Source of the DNA: Styela clava
Taxonomy: Eukaryota
DNA: 64,000 nt
Reading direction: 5' to 3'
NCBI RefSeq assembly: GCF_964204865.1
Contig: NC_135260.1
Location: forward strand, 20,894,001-20,958,000
The stretch's first letter is position 1; each line of letters begins with the position of its first letter. A program made the position numbers and the translations under genes. Shown here piece after piece: positions 37,596 through 52,615 of the stretch. The notes below the pieces were generated by a model. The model was not told where the DNA came from and made no database searches. It saw nothing but the letters and a program-made list of their open reading frames with translations.

Positions 37596-37998
37596 TATGG
37601 CACGACGGCAGATGCGTCAGATCATGCTATCATTGTCTCAATAATAATCAAAATCGCGACATGTGTCACATGACAAAAATTGCATTTCTTTGCTAAATAC
37701 TCTAGAATGTTACTATAAAAAAAAATTTTTTTTCGGTAAATGCGATTATTTTATTTCAAGGAATTCAATGGTGACATTTCAGATTGTGCTTCCATTTTTT
37801 TGTTGCGCAGTGTTGGTGTTGTTTAACCACTGTATAAAATAGAAAAGGAGGAACAAAATTTCAAATTTTTTTAATATTATTGCATTTTTGATAGTTGAAA
37901 TGTAATGACTACCAATTTAATATTGTTATCCATTGTTCATACTTTCCACCAAATTGATTATGCTGATTTTTACAGCTTGAACTGTCAGAGATTCTAAA

Positions 37999-40900
37999 AT
38001 GGAAAGTTTAAAGAATCAGCCTGACCTACAAGATATTTTTCAGATGGAAGCTAATGATATAGTAACTGAAGGTATTTAAAATAGCAGTTTCATATTTGAC
38101 CAATTAGTTTGCTTGGTAATCCATTGTGACTGTAATATACATGCAATTTTTATGTAAAGTCATTTTTATATCTTTTATTTGATTTTATTTAAGCTTAAAT
38201 AAGTGATGCCATTCTGTATGTAATGCTCTTTGCTAGTAGACTGGCGGTTCTTTTCTATCAATTTTCTTCAAACTTTTTCCATCACTACCCACTTGGCACA
38301 GCCAAATTTTTTTTGGGATACCCAGGTCCCAGGATCTAAAATAAAAATAAAGTGAGATTGAATAATACAGAAAATATTTGGAAATATGATAGAATTGATA
38401 ATACTATTAATGAGGCCGATGTGCTTTCAAATTCCTAAATGAAAAATTGAATCTTGTCTACATTTCGGTGATGGTGGGTCTCAGCACTGATTTCTTTCGC
38501 TTACCCACCAGGGGGTTGGGAGTTTGTAGAGTCCTGTTCTATATAATACTTTTAGGAATCATTTACATAAAGATGCATTGCATCATGCTGTACGATTTGT
38601 CAGTTGAAAAGTTTGCTTTCAATACAACACCAATTGTCATGCCATTGGAATGAATCTTTGGAAGTTGATTTTTCTAATTCGCATTACAGCAAGCTTAATA
38701 TAGCTCATGAGTTTCTTTTAACTAGTCATTTTATATGATCCTAATAATATCCTTTTTCCTACTATATGTTTTGTGGGTGTAGCCCTATAAAATAGGTGTG
38801 CCTGCCTAGATCAGAATGCTGTCAAGAGTGTTTTGAATTGTTTTTATGTTGGTTCTTCGTTATTTTAAATTGCAAACACATGGTTTGGTACATAATGGCT
38901 GCATGGTATAAAGACCATTCTCTGTTCTTAAAAACTTCGTTTGCTATTTGAATGTGAACTATAATACATTAAAGAGCATTTCACTGTGTGCCAAAAACAT
39001 TTTGTAAGAATGTGTTTCATATATCATATCAGGTACAAAAAATGCAATGTCACCGGAAAGAAATCAACATAATTCAGACAACATGACGAAAATAATAACT
39101 CCAGCAAAAGTACTGATGGTTGGCGAACCTGTCATGGTAAAAACTGAGCAAAATGATGAAAAACAACAAGAAAATAGTATAAATGGTGGGTATTGATAAT
39201 TCCGAATGTATGTTTAGTTTTATAGATAGAAAATAGATTTTTTGTAGATTTTATTGTTCAATTAAACTGATGTTCATTCCTAGTAATATATTATAATTCC
39301 ATTTTGCATCAGACCCAAATACCAACACTGCTGAAGTGTCAGGAAGCAGTAATGAAGAATTAGCCGATGGATTACATACGCCTTCTCCTGAAACTGCTGC
39401 TGCAATGGAAAGCTTTTTAGCAGATGATGATCTATCGTCAGGTTATACATATACATACAAAAGTGTCTTTTATATTTTTCAGTTCGATTTGATTCTAAAA
39501 ATCGAATGAAATTGAAATGCAATGGAATCAAGATTTATGCCAGATTTTGCTTCAACATTTGACTGAAATCATTTTTCACTAGTAGTTTGTTTTTTCCAAT
39601 TTTAAAATCATTCTCCAAATGTTAATAATATCAAATTGTAAATATTTTTACACTGGTAATTGACTTCATCGGTACATCCTACTAAAAGCCCATTTCAGAC
39701 AGAATGAAAGGTAAATATTTGCTTATTAATGTGTAACTTGTGAAAAACAGTTTTCTTTTATATAATTAATTGATATCTTGTGCAAGAGAAAGTATGAATT
39801 TTTTTTAAAACATTGCAATTCTTATGTTCCAGCATCTCCCAAATTGGAAGAAAAACTACCGACGCCAGTTAACTTCATAAACACAAATGCAAACAAAATT
39901 GTCACCAAGTGAGTTTCTCTATTGTTTATGGTATATGAAGAATTATTAGGTCAATGCCAGATCTTTTGTTTATTAGAGGAATCACTGACGTAGAGTCGGT
40001 AGTTTTCTTTTATTAATATTTATTTCAACAGGCCACAGACCAGTATAATGGCATCGATAAGGACACAACAACCAATAAGTTTGGCTGGAAAGAAGTTCAT
40101 GGTAGCAACCCAACCTATACAGGTACACTGATAAGTTGATTCGATTAATTAAAGGTTGAGTTATTGAACAGTAAATCCAGAAGTGCAGCATTCTTCTCTG
40201 AATTTTAAATCATGAATAAACCTCTATATATTCTCTTTGAATTAACCTCATCTATTACATGACCATCTCTTCTAATTGATAATACTGTTTAAGTTTTCCT
40301 TCATGATCCAAAGATTCAAGACTATGGGTCTAAAGCAGGTTTTAATTCCAGGTGGTAAGAAAGGATGGAGGAGGGGGTCCTGTTGTTACAAAATTTATTG
40401 TGAAGAAATCCAATACTTCAACTGCAGCATCATCTAAGACTCCGGTATGAAAAATCTTTTTGATTGTAGTTTAAAACATAAGTCCATATAGTTTTTTTTT
40501 TAACCTTTGAATCATAAAATACATAGGCTTCATTTTAAACATTTTCCCTGTATAGGATAATGTACCTGTGAACCCATGTGAGGTAATCAGATGTACAATG
40601 ACGAGTATTTTCCCAATACGAAGCAAGATAAACCAACTGCCGAGCCCGAGTAATTATGAAATTTAAACATTGTTTTATTATCATTTGAATATCAGGTCGT
40701 CTTTACAAAAGCAAAGAATATCCAAGCATCACCTGTGAAAACATTAAATCTACAATCGGGAAGTATTGTACTTTCTCCTATAAAAGGTGGATTCAAGGTG
40801 AGTAACAATGTTGAATGTTATTAAACAATGTATGATTTCACATGACTGACTGGTATTCTAAAATGTAATGTTTATTATTGATTACAAAATTATTGGTTAT

Positions 40901-43900
40901 GAGCTATTGTCAGTTTAATGTCAATATGCACCTTACGGTAATGGAAATTTATGCCACTAGTTTTTTTCTGAACCTTTTAGCTTTGATTCATAGTTGTTTC
41001 CTGATCATAATTGATTCGAGTCTAGATATAGTTGGAATTCACGGTCTTATTATTTATAGTCGAAACTCCTCGTATCCAGTAGCGCTTACATTTTTAGATG
41101 ACTGTAAACCTGTTCAGAGATAAGATATGTCTTCTCTAGCTCCAAATGAGTATGCATGACCTTGTGTACACAACTTTTGTATGAAATGATTTTTTTAATC
41201 GTGTTTTCGTCTTTCAGATACCAATCTCACCCGTGAAGAGTCCAATTAAAGTATCGGTTATCCCACCATCTAATTCTCAAAAATCAATTTCAACAGGGAA
41301 ATCATTTACAATACCAATACAAACATCAATCAGTAATCAATTCCAACATATGACACAGGCAAGTAGTCCAATGCTTATTACTCACAGATCATGCTAAAGT
41401 TTTTTACTTTTTTCAATTTGTGTGATTCAAAAGTCAGACAACGCTTGTCTTTAAAACCTGATGTCGACAAAGTCAGCCAGAACATTACAGAAATTCTAGC
41501 ATTTTATTCGCTCGAAATAGTTTTTTATTCTTGCTTCAAATATCAATTAGCAAATATCTGTATGCATACAGATCCATCACTGCAAAGGAATATAAGGATG
41601 GGTAGTAGTCAGTCTCTGGCAATCCCAACTGATAATTACTTCTCAATTCGATTTCATTTTTTAGCAAATACTATTAATTAGACAAAATTCTTAATGTTAG
41701 TTGTATTGTAATAAAAGCATCTGTCAATATTCTGCTAGGTGTGCTCGCTTTTCTTTGAAAACAGCATCTCTCAAACTATCACATAGTTTCTATATCAAAA
41801 TTTAATTTGTTTAACCTCTCACTTGCAGGCTGTCGTAAACAATAATTCTTTACCCATGGTAAATGGTATTGGAGGACAAATCAATAAGGCATTTGTTGGA
41901 CAACAACAAATTACGATACCTATACAAAATAAAATAGTGAGTATAGCCTGATTGATGCTCTCATATTGTGTGATTACATTATAGTTCAGAAAACAATGCT
42001 CTACAAATGCTTCAAGGACATGACAAGATCTGACTAGTGCAAATTTTATTATCAGTCTGAGTTTTTTTTTTTTCTATATAAATACCTGTGATTAGATTGT
42101 ATCAAATTTGTCAGAATTCTACAGTATTTAAGATCGAGAAGGAATTTCCATTTAAAAAAATTCATTTCCTAATTTGATGTGTTATTGACCTAAATGGAGT
42201 ATAATATAATAATATATAATTTCCAGATTAATGTTAATTCAAATCAATCTCAAATCAAATACAATGGCAATAATAACCGACCGAATCAACTTGTTCAGAG
42301 AATTAATGTCGTTCCCAACTCTACAACAATGCAGGTATATTCTTTGTTCACAATTGACTAATATCCATAACCATTTACTATCAATAAATATTTATTTTAG
42401 TTGATTTTTCTTTGTAAATTCCCGTCCATCAGTTTAAAAGGTTTTTGCTTCTTTCAGGATTCTCAAGGAATGAAGATCCAGTATGTTCAACTAGTACCTC
42501 CGAATAATAATAATAACGCTCAACATCCAACCATAAGGTCGAATCAAGGTTGGTTTGTTTTGTGAAATTTCAACCGTTTTCTCTGTATTTATTTGATGTA
42601 TGATGATTTCAATCACAATACTAATAAGCAAAAAAATATATTTGTACTTTTTTTTCTCATCAGGTCAACCGATCACTTTTACCTCCATGGCTCAACTCAA
42701 TGGCGGAAATTTAACTTTGAATCAATCACCTGGCGGCGCTTTAACTTTTATTCAATCCAACTTGCCAAAACTGCAACAAACCTCAAACACTCAACGAGTA
42801 GCACAAACTGTTAAAGTCGCAATCCCAAGTCAAACAACACATCAGGTTTGTGTTCATCATTTCTTTGCTTATGAAGATTTTATGAATTCTACCTGGGAGC
42901 TAACAACAAAATTCATAAATAGAGTGAATCTTTCCTAAGCTGTCAATAATTTTTGCCAAATACTGTTATTGCATTCTTGAATTTTTATTTTATGAAAGAG
43001 TTCATTTTTGTATCTCAATATCTCTCTGATTCGGATATGTATCGTCTACATTGCTTTATTCTTCAATGGGTTAGATATTTGGAAGCTAAGGATTGTAATG
43101 TACATTTGACATCTCTTTTTTTCCAGGCAAAACCTCAACAACGACTCATCATGCCAGCAACAACACTGCAGCCTATTCGTCCTAATTTTTCAGCATTACC
43201 ACCTGGTTCTGTACTTACTCCCAGTAAATTCATTTAGATATTTTTTGTGTGTGAAAGGCTGTTAAATGATTTAAAAAATGGCACTTGAGCAAGATTTTTT
43301 TAAAGATGAACTTTTTCTAGATAGTAGTCCTTGAATACAGTTATTCTAAGGATACTGTTTTGTTTATATTATATAGCAATTCTCAGCCTTTTTTATGCTA
43401 TGGACCCTTTTAACAACCACTTCTGGCATAGGATAGGATATTCAAAAACAAGCAGCATCTATGTCCCATTGAACATAATCAAATTAAACTAGAATCATTT
43501 ATTGAAACTAACAAAACATGAGATCTCAAAAATCTGCATCCTGAATAAATAGTATTTAATGACTCTTATTCAGTGGATATTGCATTTTTTTTCTTCAATT
43601 GCATGCTAATTCTACATGACCTATTTGCTAGGTAACGTCGGTTATGCAATGGTGCCAGCTAAATATGTCGAGCAATTAACAAAACAATTAAACAGTCAGG
43701 CATCATTCGTTCAAGATACCTCAATGTGAGTATCATACATTATAATATTCTAAATATCTTCATTATTAAAAGATGAATTAATTATTATATCATTCAAGTG
43801 CATCCAGAATGGTAAAATACTCATATTCTAGGCCAGGGTGGTCTAAACCCAGGCCCGTGGTCCACATGTGGCCCGCCGCTTCATTATCTGTGGCCCGCGT

Positions 43901-46900
43901 CGCATTGGCGCGAGAGTGAACAAAAATAGCATTTGGTGTTGTTTCGTCATAAAAATAACTATAGTAAAATCTTTCGAAATATTGTTACATCACTAATGAC
44001 AATGAATTGACTAGTGTTATAGTTAGCTGAGGCAACTGGCGAAGTTGAATGATGTGCTCGGCAGTCTAAATTGTTAACTGGCGCTCTATTTTTTGGTCGG
44101 GAATATATGCTAACAAAATTGACTTCATAATAAACTAAAAATCGAATGAGAAATCTATTAGCCTAGGTTGGCTATATCTGATAACTAAATATTAATGCAA
44201 TGGCCGAACAATATAATTCCCAGGTGTTTTTAGCAACCAGTCTAAACAGTGTTACAAAAACTGCTGCCTATATGTCAGAAAATTTAGTAATTACCCTCCT
44301 GGATCCCAAATTTGGTGATATTCGGTAATCAATCAATCTGCAGTTATTTGTAAGTTAATTTTAACATGAGTTTGAAAAGAAAGCTGACTAACAGATTTTT
44401 GACTGGATATGGGAGGGAAAATATTACAATGCTTGCTTAATATGTCTGCAAGTTGTGTCGGTGACAATCTAAAACTGTATTTTTCCTTATGACACTCTTT
44501 CCGTTATGAAGAGTTTGAAATCTTACACTAAATGTAGATACAGTAAGATTTTTGCACGTTTTATTGAATTTTTAGTAGGTTTTAGCTTGGTAAATGACAA
44601 ATAATGATCAATGTGTTTGGACAATATAAAAGTGTTTGTTTTGTATTGCACTATTTACCAATTCTCGGCAGTATTGTGGCCCGCGAACAATACAAAAATA
44701 ATAGTGTGGCCCGCGAGGCCGACATCCTTGGACCACGCTGTTCTAGGCAATCACCTGGAAGAATGATTCACTTCATTTGTGATTGATTGATCTTGAAAAG
44801 TAAGATTTCCTCACATCCTGTTGATCTTTTTCAGACAACAGTTGCAAAAGGGAATGGCGGGGAAGGTTGGTAACAACGGAAAATTAAAGAAACCTTGCAA
44901 TTGTACAAAATCACAATGTTTAAAACTGTAAGCTTCTTTTGTTTTATATTAAGTAGTAAAATGATGTGAAAGATTACAAATGTAATTTAAATGTAACAAA
45001 AGAACATTTCCTTGAAAAGTTTCTCATATCTTTGCTTTGGACAAGATTCTAGCGAGCTGGTCAATTTTATATATGAAAGCCTATTCATTTTATTTGTCGG
45101 TCGGTATTGCAATGTTTGACAAGCTATTGACATCTCAGCATTCCACTTTAAATACATTTATTTAGTATTTTTTACTCAAATGTTTGCTTTCAAATTCCAT
45201 TGTATCAAAAATGTCATGAATGAATAAATCTTGATACAAGGCTAATTGTATTATTTCTTTTACAGATATTGCGAATGTTTTGCTAACGGACAATTTTGCG
45301 ACGAATGTAATTGTATAAATTGTTCTAATAATCTGGAACATGAAAGTGAAAGGTCAAAAGCTGTGAAACAATGTTTAGAAAGAAATCCAGCCGCGTTCAG
45401 GTAATATCTGAAAGATGTTAGTGTCTCATTTCTATAGTATATTATGATGTTATTATGTGCACTTTTTCCCTTATTTGAACTTATTAGCATGAATGCCTGA
45501 AATCGATTGGAATTGATATATTCGATGTAGTAATATCTTGATTATGGCAATGATTTTGAATAGTTTCTTTCGGAAATTTGTCAACTTGAACATTTATTAA
45601 TATCTGAATGATCTGATGTTCAGAAATTTACTTTCAACAGTGTGAAAATAGAGAATAATCATAACATGTCTGGATTTAAATTGACTGTGCATATTTATCT
45701 GTGCAACGTGACCCGATTTAGGAGATGAGTATTGTAAACAAATATTTCAGAAAGTATTCGGAATAGTGAATTATTCCGTTTTGATTTTTATGGCATCGGT
45801 TTAACTTATAATTACGAATTTAAAAACTATTCTACAGGCCCAAGATTGGCCGAGGTAAAGATGACAACAGAACACATCAAAAAGGTTGTAACTGTAAAAG
45901 ATCAGGATGTTTGAAAAATTATTGCGAGTGTTATGAGGTAAGTAATCTTGATATTTTGAATTGTCTTTAGAATCGAAAAGATATTAAAAGTCAAGAAAGG
46001 AATTGTCGGATATTTCTTATAAGAAATTTAACAATTTTTCTTTGGTGCTGTTGGGCCAGAGAAAAGTTTTATCCTTTTATCAACTAAAAAAAAACACTCA
46101 ACTTTGTGAACAACCAAAATGTTAACACTAACTCTGGTCTACTCTTCAGCTACCAACCTTTGTATTTGCAAAACTTGATAATGATTTGAGTTTAGATCTG
46201 ACGCTTGACTTTGGTATTTTATATTCAAACTCCCATTTTCAAAGGTTCAAAGTTTAGAAATTTTGAAACGCCATTCAAACCACTATACTATATAGAACGC
46301 ACTTCAAATTTCAATAACTATTCCAATAAAATACATATTGTAGGCAAGAATTCCATGTACATCCAAATGTAAATGCATCGGATGTAAAAATTATGAAGAA
46401 ACAAATGATCGGAGATCATTAATGAGTTTAGCTGATGCTGCAGAAGTTCGTGTTCAACAACAAACAGCAGCTAAAACTAAATTATCAAATCAAATTGGTG
46501 ATGTTAGGCCAACTGCTAGAACAACATCATCTGGTGAAAGGTAAATCTATTTGAGTTGATATTGTTACATGATTTTTTTCAGAATATTATTGTTGTATTT
46601 GACAACCAATACCTTTTTCATATTACATCATTTTTAAATTAGTACAGCATGCCAACAATAGATAGTATAATGCCTCATGATTAGTTCGATATCTGTCTGA
46701 TCATAAACGTTTATGCAAGCACTCATTACTATTTCCTTCCTCCTGCTTTCAGATTGCCGTACACATTTTTTACGCAAGAAGTTATAGAAGCAACTTGTAC
46801 TTGTTTATTAGCTCAGGTGAGAAAATTGTCTAGCAAGTGCGTTTCATTGAGTAGGCCTAATATACATTTTCTGAAAAAAGTCATTATTAATCTTCGTGAA

Positions 46901-47346
46901 ATAACATAATAATATTTGCCTTGCGATTAGATGATGTTTATTAGGAACAACCTGTATTTGCCATACAATGTTTTAAATATTTGATCAATTGGTAAGATTG
47001 TGTTTAAATTCTGGCAATACTTGTTAGTTACTTAAATATTGTTGTTTAGGCAGAAGAAGCTGAAAAAACCAACAGACCCATGGTAATTGCAGAAACCATG
47101 ATTTTAGAAGAGTTTGGAAGATGTGTAATGCAAATTATACAATCTGCCGGTAAAGCTAAAGGTATGTGTCGTCTTTAAGAACGTTTACATATGTATAGGT
47201 ACAAGCTCTTGCCTGAGATCAGACTATGACTATCTACATATACATTGGCAATGTGGCCAAACATAATTAATGAATGATATTCTTAAAAATTATTGTTGAC
47301 CAACATTAATGTATATTCATTGATTTTAGTGATGAATTTACACTGA
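37999..47346 (+). CDS. LIN54: Protein lin-54 homolog (MuvB/DREAM DNA-binding subunit), about 21 coding exons; CRC and C-terminal exons 44835-44927, 45266-45400, 45838-45937, 46344-46540, 46753-46816, 47050-47161, 47330-47346
   Basis: Two CXC/CRC domains ([21 protein letters not shown]...RNPAAFRPKIG...[20 protein letters not shown]), C-terminal [21 protein letters not shown] and ILEEFGRC; Q/T/P-rich N-terminal exons less precisely placed. Confidence 0.9.
43834..44740. mobile_element. Non-autonomous hAT element in a LIN54 intron
   Basis: CAGGGTGGTC / GACCACGCTG ends, GGCCCGC subterminal repeats, perfect TSD ttctaggc. Confidence 0.85.
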
Positions 47347-48789
47347 AGCTCGAAGAAATCATAGCATGATTGGTACAAGCATGGCATCATCGTTGATCGA
47401 TATGCCGAGCATATGTCAAGAATCTGATGGAATCCGGTGCGAGGTTGAGGAGGATACATGTGCAATGATATTAAACCTCGATTCCTGTTAGTGGTGATGG
47501 TGCACTATGAAAGTGACTTTCTGTCTACTCTAAAATACGAGCATGAAAGAATTTGTAATATGTTAGTGCAAGCGTGATTTCGACCCAGATGGGAAATTAT
47601 GTCAATTGTTCTTCTCATTTTTGGTTTGATAACGATCATGAGTTCTATAATGAATTTTGTGAAAATATTTCCAGTAAAGGTGTAATTTTGTAGTAAGCTT
47701 TAAAAAATATTTGGTCTCTATTATTACAAAGAGGTTATTCAGAAATTCAGTTTGTTAAAATTTTTGTTTCTTGCTGCCTCGATGGATTTCTGTCTACTGT
47801 AGTTTAGAAAATAGCTGTTACTAAATATTAAGCACACTAGGAGATGACGCTCTTCTCATATCCCAGTTTTATCACATGAGTGGTTAGTCTGTGCATAAGT
47901 TGAAATTTATGATAAGTTTAAGATTTTGTGATCACCATTTTCTTCACTCAGTCGACGAAAGTTACTTTCCACTTCTATTTAGTATATTGCTGTTTTCTAT
48001 TGATCTATTTCTGTTTTTCTCTTCGTTAAACTCTGGAAAGCAGTTTCTAAATATGTATTTATTTTTATCGAGCAAAATTGATATTTTAGATAGTGTTGAT
48101 GTTAATCAATATTCCAGCAGGCCTCGGTCGTCTGTGTATGATCTGTTGTTGTGCATTGTATTGGTATTCATTCCTTTGCGAAATGCATACTTTCAAACTA
48201 TGTGGTAAGCCCTTTAGAAATATAATAACCTCATCAAATCTTTGTCAGTTGTTCATCTTTTGTCATTTATAGTGGACATATTCATTATCAATGGCTTCGT
48301 TTGATGTTTTTGGTGCAAAACATCTGAATTATTTTCATGTGTTTTGTATATATATATACTTCTGAAATTTTTACGAACGCAAATGTGGTGTGGCAATATT
48401 TCTAATTGCTATTAGAAATATTTTTGAGAGCCAATTTTACGAATATAAAAATTTTCTAAGCATTTTATACAGAAAAATTTAAATTTTTGCTAAATTTATT
48501 GCGTTCATCGATTTAAATGATATTTTTTGAATTAATGTTTGTTGCCAAGCTTGGGACCAGGACAAATCATATATTACAAACATGATTTATCCTAGGTCAC
48601 ACTTAGCATGTCTTTTTCATTGCTTAATTGCACTTTTCATTGTGTGCTCTTTTTTTGCAACACAATGCCACTGATATATACCTAATCAACGTTTTTCTTA
48701 AATAAATTTGTGCCTATTTTGATAATTTATTTGTATCTTTGACGTATGGCTATGAGCAGAAAAGATAAAGAGATTCTGAAAGACTACTC

Positions 48790-49095
48790 TGGGAATAGGG
48801 AAAGAACCTTGCAATAAGGGGATATTATAGCATGCTTGTTGGAAAATACAGATTGAAGCATTCTCCATCGATGGGATTTGCAGTTCCGACGTCAATTGGG
48901 AAGTATACCTGTCGACAGTTTAAAATAAATATACTTCGAACAGAACCACGCCGAGACGTATCGTAGCCAATCATTCGATATTCTTTTTTAAATTTGGTCT
49001 AGGCTTGGCAGGAGCACGGTCACGCTAGCCCAGATCTGACAGCAATACTCCATGCATTGACGTATCGGTGTTTTGTACAATAGAAGTACGAAGTT
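48790..49095 (-). mobile_element. LINE (CR1/L2/Jockey-like) RT C-terminal relic
   Basis: LLLYKTPIRQCMEYCCQIWAS...SLDQI*KR matches the LYK..IRP.MEYC..IW motif downstream of LINE RT. Confidence 0.6.
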
Positions 49096-51249
49096 ACCGA
49101 CGAATATCAGCGGGCACGTTCCAGAGATAAAACTTGCCGGGACTCGTGATATCGGATGAGTCATCATCGATCGACATCGCACATGAGCCAACTGCCAAAT
49201 TTTACCAAGAAAGTGACGTTCCTACAGCGTTCATATGCGGCTAAGAATGGTTTTTTGTTTTGGGCATCTGAAGTAGGCTATCTACAATGGGCGGTTTTAG
49301 GCCTGCCTAGCGTGAGTACGCTCTGACGGAGGCCTAGAAAGCAAGCAATGTGTCGACGGATTTGATTTTTACTTGTGGCAGAATTTTTCCTAAATCGACG
49401 CTGAAGGTGTGCACCGATTACGCAGGCCGTCCGAAATGTATGTCGTCGGCTGGTGCAGCGAACTGTTATGAAAACTCTCTGAAAAAAGGCCAAATGCTTT
49501 TGTGGTGGGCAGGATGCTTTGTGATGGCGCTGTGAGCGAGTTGGTCTCATAGCGTAATTGTTCAGATTTTTAGGCATAAAAAGCATCAGAGTGCAACTTC
49601 GCTATTCACTGTCGTATGCATAAAGCCATGTATTAAGATAATCGCCATCATACACTCTCGTTTTTACGCTCATTTTGCAATACCGGGTAAAGACAAACAC
49701 TGAATTTTAACTAAAACTAAACGTATGCTTTTTTGCGCTTGGATGTATTTTCTACTTAAACATTTATACTCTACTTTATTAAACGTTTATATACACGTTA
49801 AATCACAATCAATTGTTTACGTCATCGCTGTCGAGCTATGCAAAAATCCATTTATTTTGTGTTTAAAATACGCAACGATTACAGACTGCTTGGCTTGCCT
49901 AAAGTCTTCAAAAGTCACCATCAATAACTTCTAACAAGCTTACAACCACCAGGTCGAAAATACAGTTTTCAAAATGGGGAAGGCCCGCCCTATAAAGTTT
50001 GTAAGCAGACTTTTTAAATTTTTACATACATTTCACTATACATAAGAATCTTTCGCGATTTTGGTGTAATTATTCCTGCCATCTATCTACGTTCAAATTC
50101 CGGTTTTTATTATTACGTATCTGTCGAGTCTTGCACCCTGGTGGACATAAACGTCATTTTTTTTTATTTCTCGCAAAACTGTGCACTCTGTTCGACGAAC
50201 TATAAAGATATTGTGCGATCATTGGGGACCAACGCTGAGCGCAAATATATAAATGAACTTGGAGCCTACGTTTGCAAATAATTTCATTCTGATTGCTTTC
50301 TTTCGAGTCGGCTTTGATCGTCTTTATCGTCAACGTAAAATAAAAAGTCAACAATATCTTGAGTACTGGTCCCCGGTCCCCCGTTGTCTTTTTATGCTTG
50401 TACTTTTGTACGTGTTATGTTCGCGTTAAATAAGATTTTGGAAATGTCGTCACTGCGTATTTGTCAATAATTCTGATGAAATTGACGAATGGCATTGCTA
50501 CTAATTAGTCACAAATCAGTATATATCGACCATTCGTTCAGAAATCTTCGTTATGTTACTTCAATAAATACTTGTATTGGTGTTTCAAATTTTACGAAAC
50601 GGCTCACTAAAACTTGATATTGCCGCGACATTGATGCACTTTATGCTAGTATCGTAGCTACTGAAAATGAATGAATAAAAACACTATAACGCAAATATAA
50701 CACTCAACTTTGACGTTATGTGTGTATTTCTTGCGTGGTCGCCAAAAAACCGCAAGTGTGTTGTGTAATGATTGGTTTTTTGATTCGGTCGCCCGAGAGT
50801 GTTATGTCCACGCCCCGTTTACCAGACATTCGAATAGGTCACGTGAAAGTGGCCCGCGAGACGAAAAAGGTTGGGCAGGACTGGTGTAGACCGTAGTAGA
50901 GTGACGCTTTATTTGTGAGTGTTTTGGAGAGTTAGCGCTTACATTGTTACATTACGCAGCATTTGTTGACACTCATGCTGAACCCATTTCGTCAGCGTTA
51001 ATGTGACATCGTAAGAAAAAAGTCATTGTGCATGCGTATAAGCAAATTACATCATTATGAGGCAACAAGAATGTGAATTGCGTGGAATTTCAAATGGGCA
51101 TCTTGTGACCTCCCCCCGCCCCCGGAGAGCTTCTTACGCCCCGCAAGGGGTGCGCGCCCCCAAGTCTAAGAACCACTATCCTAGTCAATAACGCCAATAT
51201 TTTTTTTGGCCTAGTCGATAGCAAGAAATCTCTACCACACGTTTTAAAT

Positions 51250-51665
51250 CAGGGTGGTCCAAACCCAGGCCCGCGGGCCACTTGTGGCCCGCCGCTTCAT
51301 TATTTGTGGCCCGCGTCACATTCGGAGAGTAATCAAAAAATAGTATTTCGTGTTGTTTTGATAATGGGATTATTCAGAAAAATCTTTTGACATATTATTA
51401 CATCACTTATGTCACTGAATTGGCTAGTGTTATGGCTATCTGAGGCAACTAGCAAAGTTGAATGATGCGATTGGCAGTCTAATTTATTATCTGGCTTTCT
51501 ATCTTTTTGGTCGGGAATATATGCTAACAATATATGTATCATAGAAAACTAAAAAACGAATGCGGATGTATTGCACTGTTTACCTATTCTTGGCACTATT
51601 GTGGCCCGCGAACAATGCAAAAATAATTTTGTGGCCCACGGAGCCAACAACCATGGACCACCCTG
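51250..51665. mobile_element. Internally deleted 416-bp copy of the 43834-44740 hAT element
   Basis: Same ends and internal sequence; TSD ttttaaat/ttctaaat. Confidence 0.85.
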
Positions 51666-52374
51666 TTCTAAATGATTGATATTCTATGTTTTGCAGTTAT
51701 TTTGAATGAAAACGTGTAATTATAAGTAAATGGATATCGGTTTTCATATTTTGTATAGAAAATCTCGTATTTCTCTACTTTGTAATTTTGCTTTTTATGA
51801 ATAAAAATATAGGACGTCCCCCGAAAATAAGCTCTAGTGTTATTTTCGAAAACAAAATTGAAATGAGACCCAGTCTTATTTTCGGGGAAATACGGTATGT
51901 GCGAGGCGATTGCTGGACTTCTCGCCGTCGTTGGGTGGGTGTTTTTGGTGAAAGAATTATTGATAGCAAGCCACGGAAAATCCGTTTTGCAGTAAATCGT
52001 TCGAGAATAGAGAAAAATGGTGTTGGAAAAGGCATAAGAGTTTACGTCTCACTGAAAATGCCGCAAATTTGCATTAAAAAAATGTTAAATTTTTTTCAAA
52101 ATTATAATATATATATATATATATATATAATTCAATAGTCCAATAATTGACCCTTCAGTTTAGGAGCTCCAGTGGAGATAGGATTTGTCTAGGAACGTTG
52201 GTCATCTAGAATCTAGATTCCAGAACAACATTGATATTGCGATCAAACAGAAAAGATTTTATGATGTCAAAAATCTGACCATATATATATACCATAGTAT
52301 ATATCAATTTTTAGCAGGAGCTCGGCGCCGGCGACTGTATCAAAAGTTCTGCAATATGGCGTATCTTGTTTAGC

Positions 52375-52615
52375 GTGCAGGGGGATTGCTGGAAAGTGAC
52401 TCCTCGCGGTCGTATGGTGGTTCACGTAACCGCTAGCCGGTTACGGCTTTCTCCACCATCAAATCTATGTATCTGAAACATATAACTGGTTAACTGGTTT
52501 GCACACCCGACATGAATCTGTCAGCTGGATGAGAGGCTGTGGTTTGCCATAATATTAAGTGGTCTTATATATATATATGCTTTCTTCTTACCGGAATAAA
52601 TATGGAAATGCCATC
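52375..52615 (+). mobile_element. Degenerate copy of the tRNA-derived SINE
   Basis: Matches the SINE body (gactcctcgc...ggtggttcacgtaaccgct...gagaggctgtggtttgccat) and tail. Confidence 0.6.
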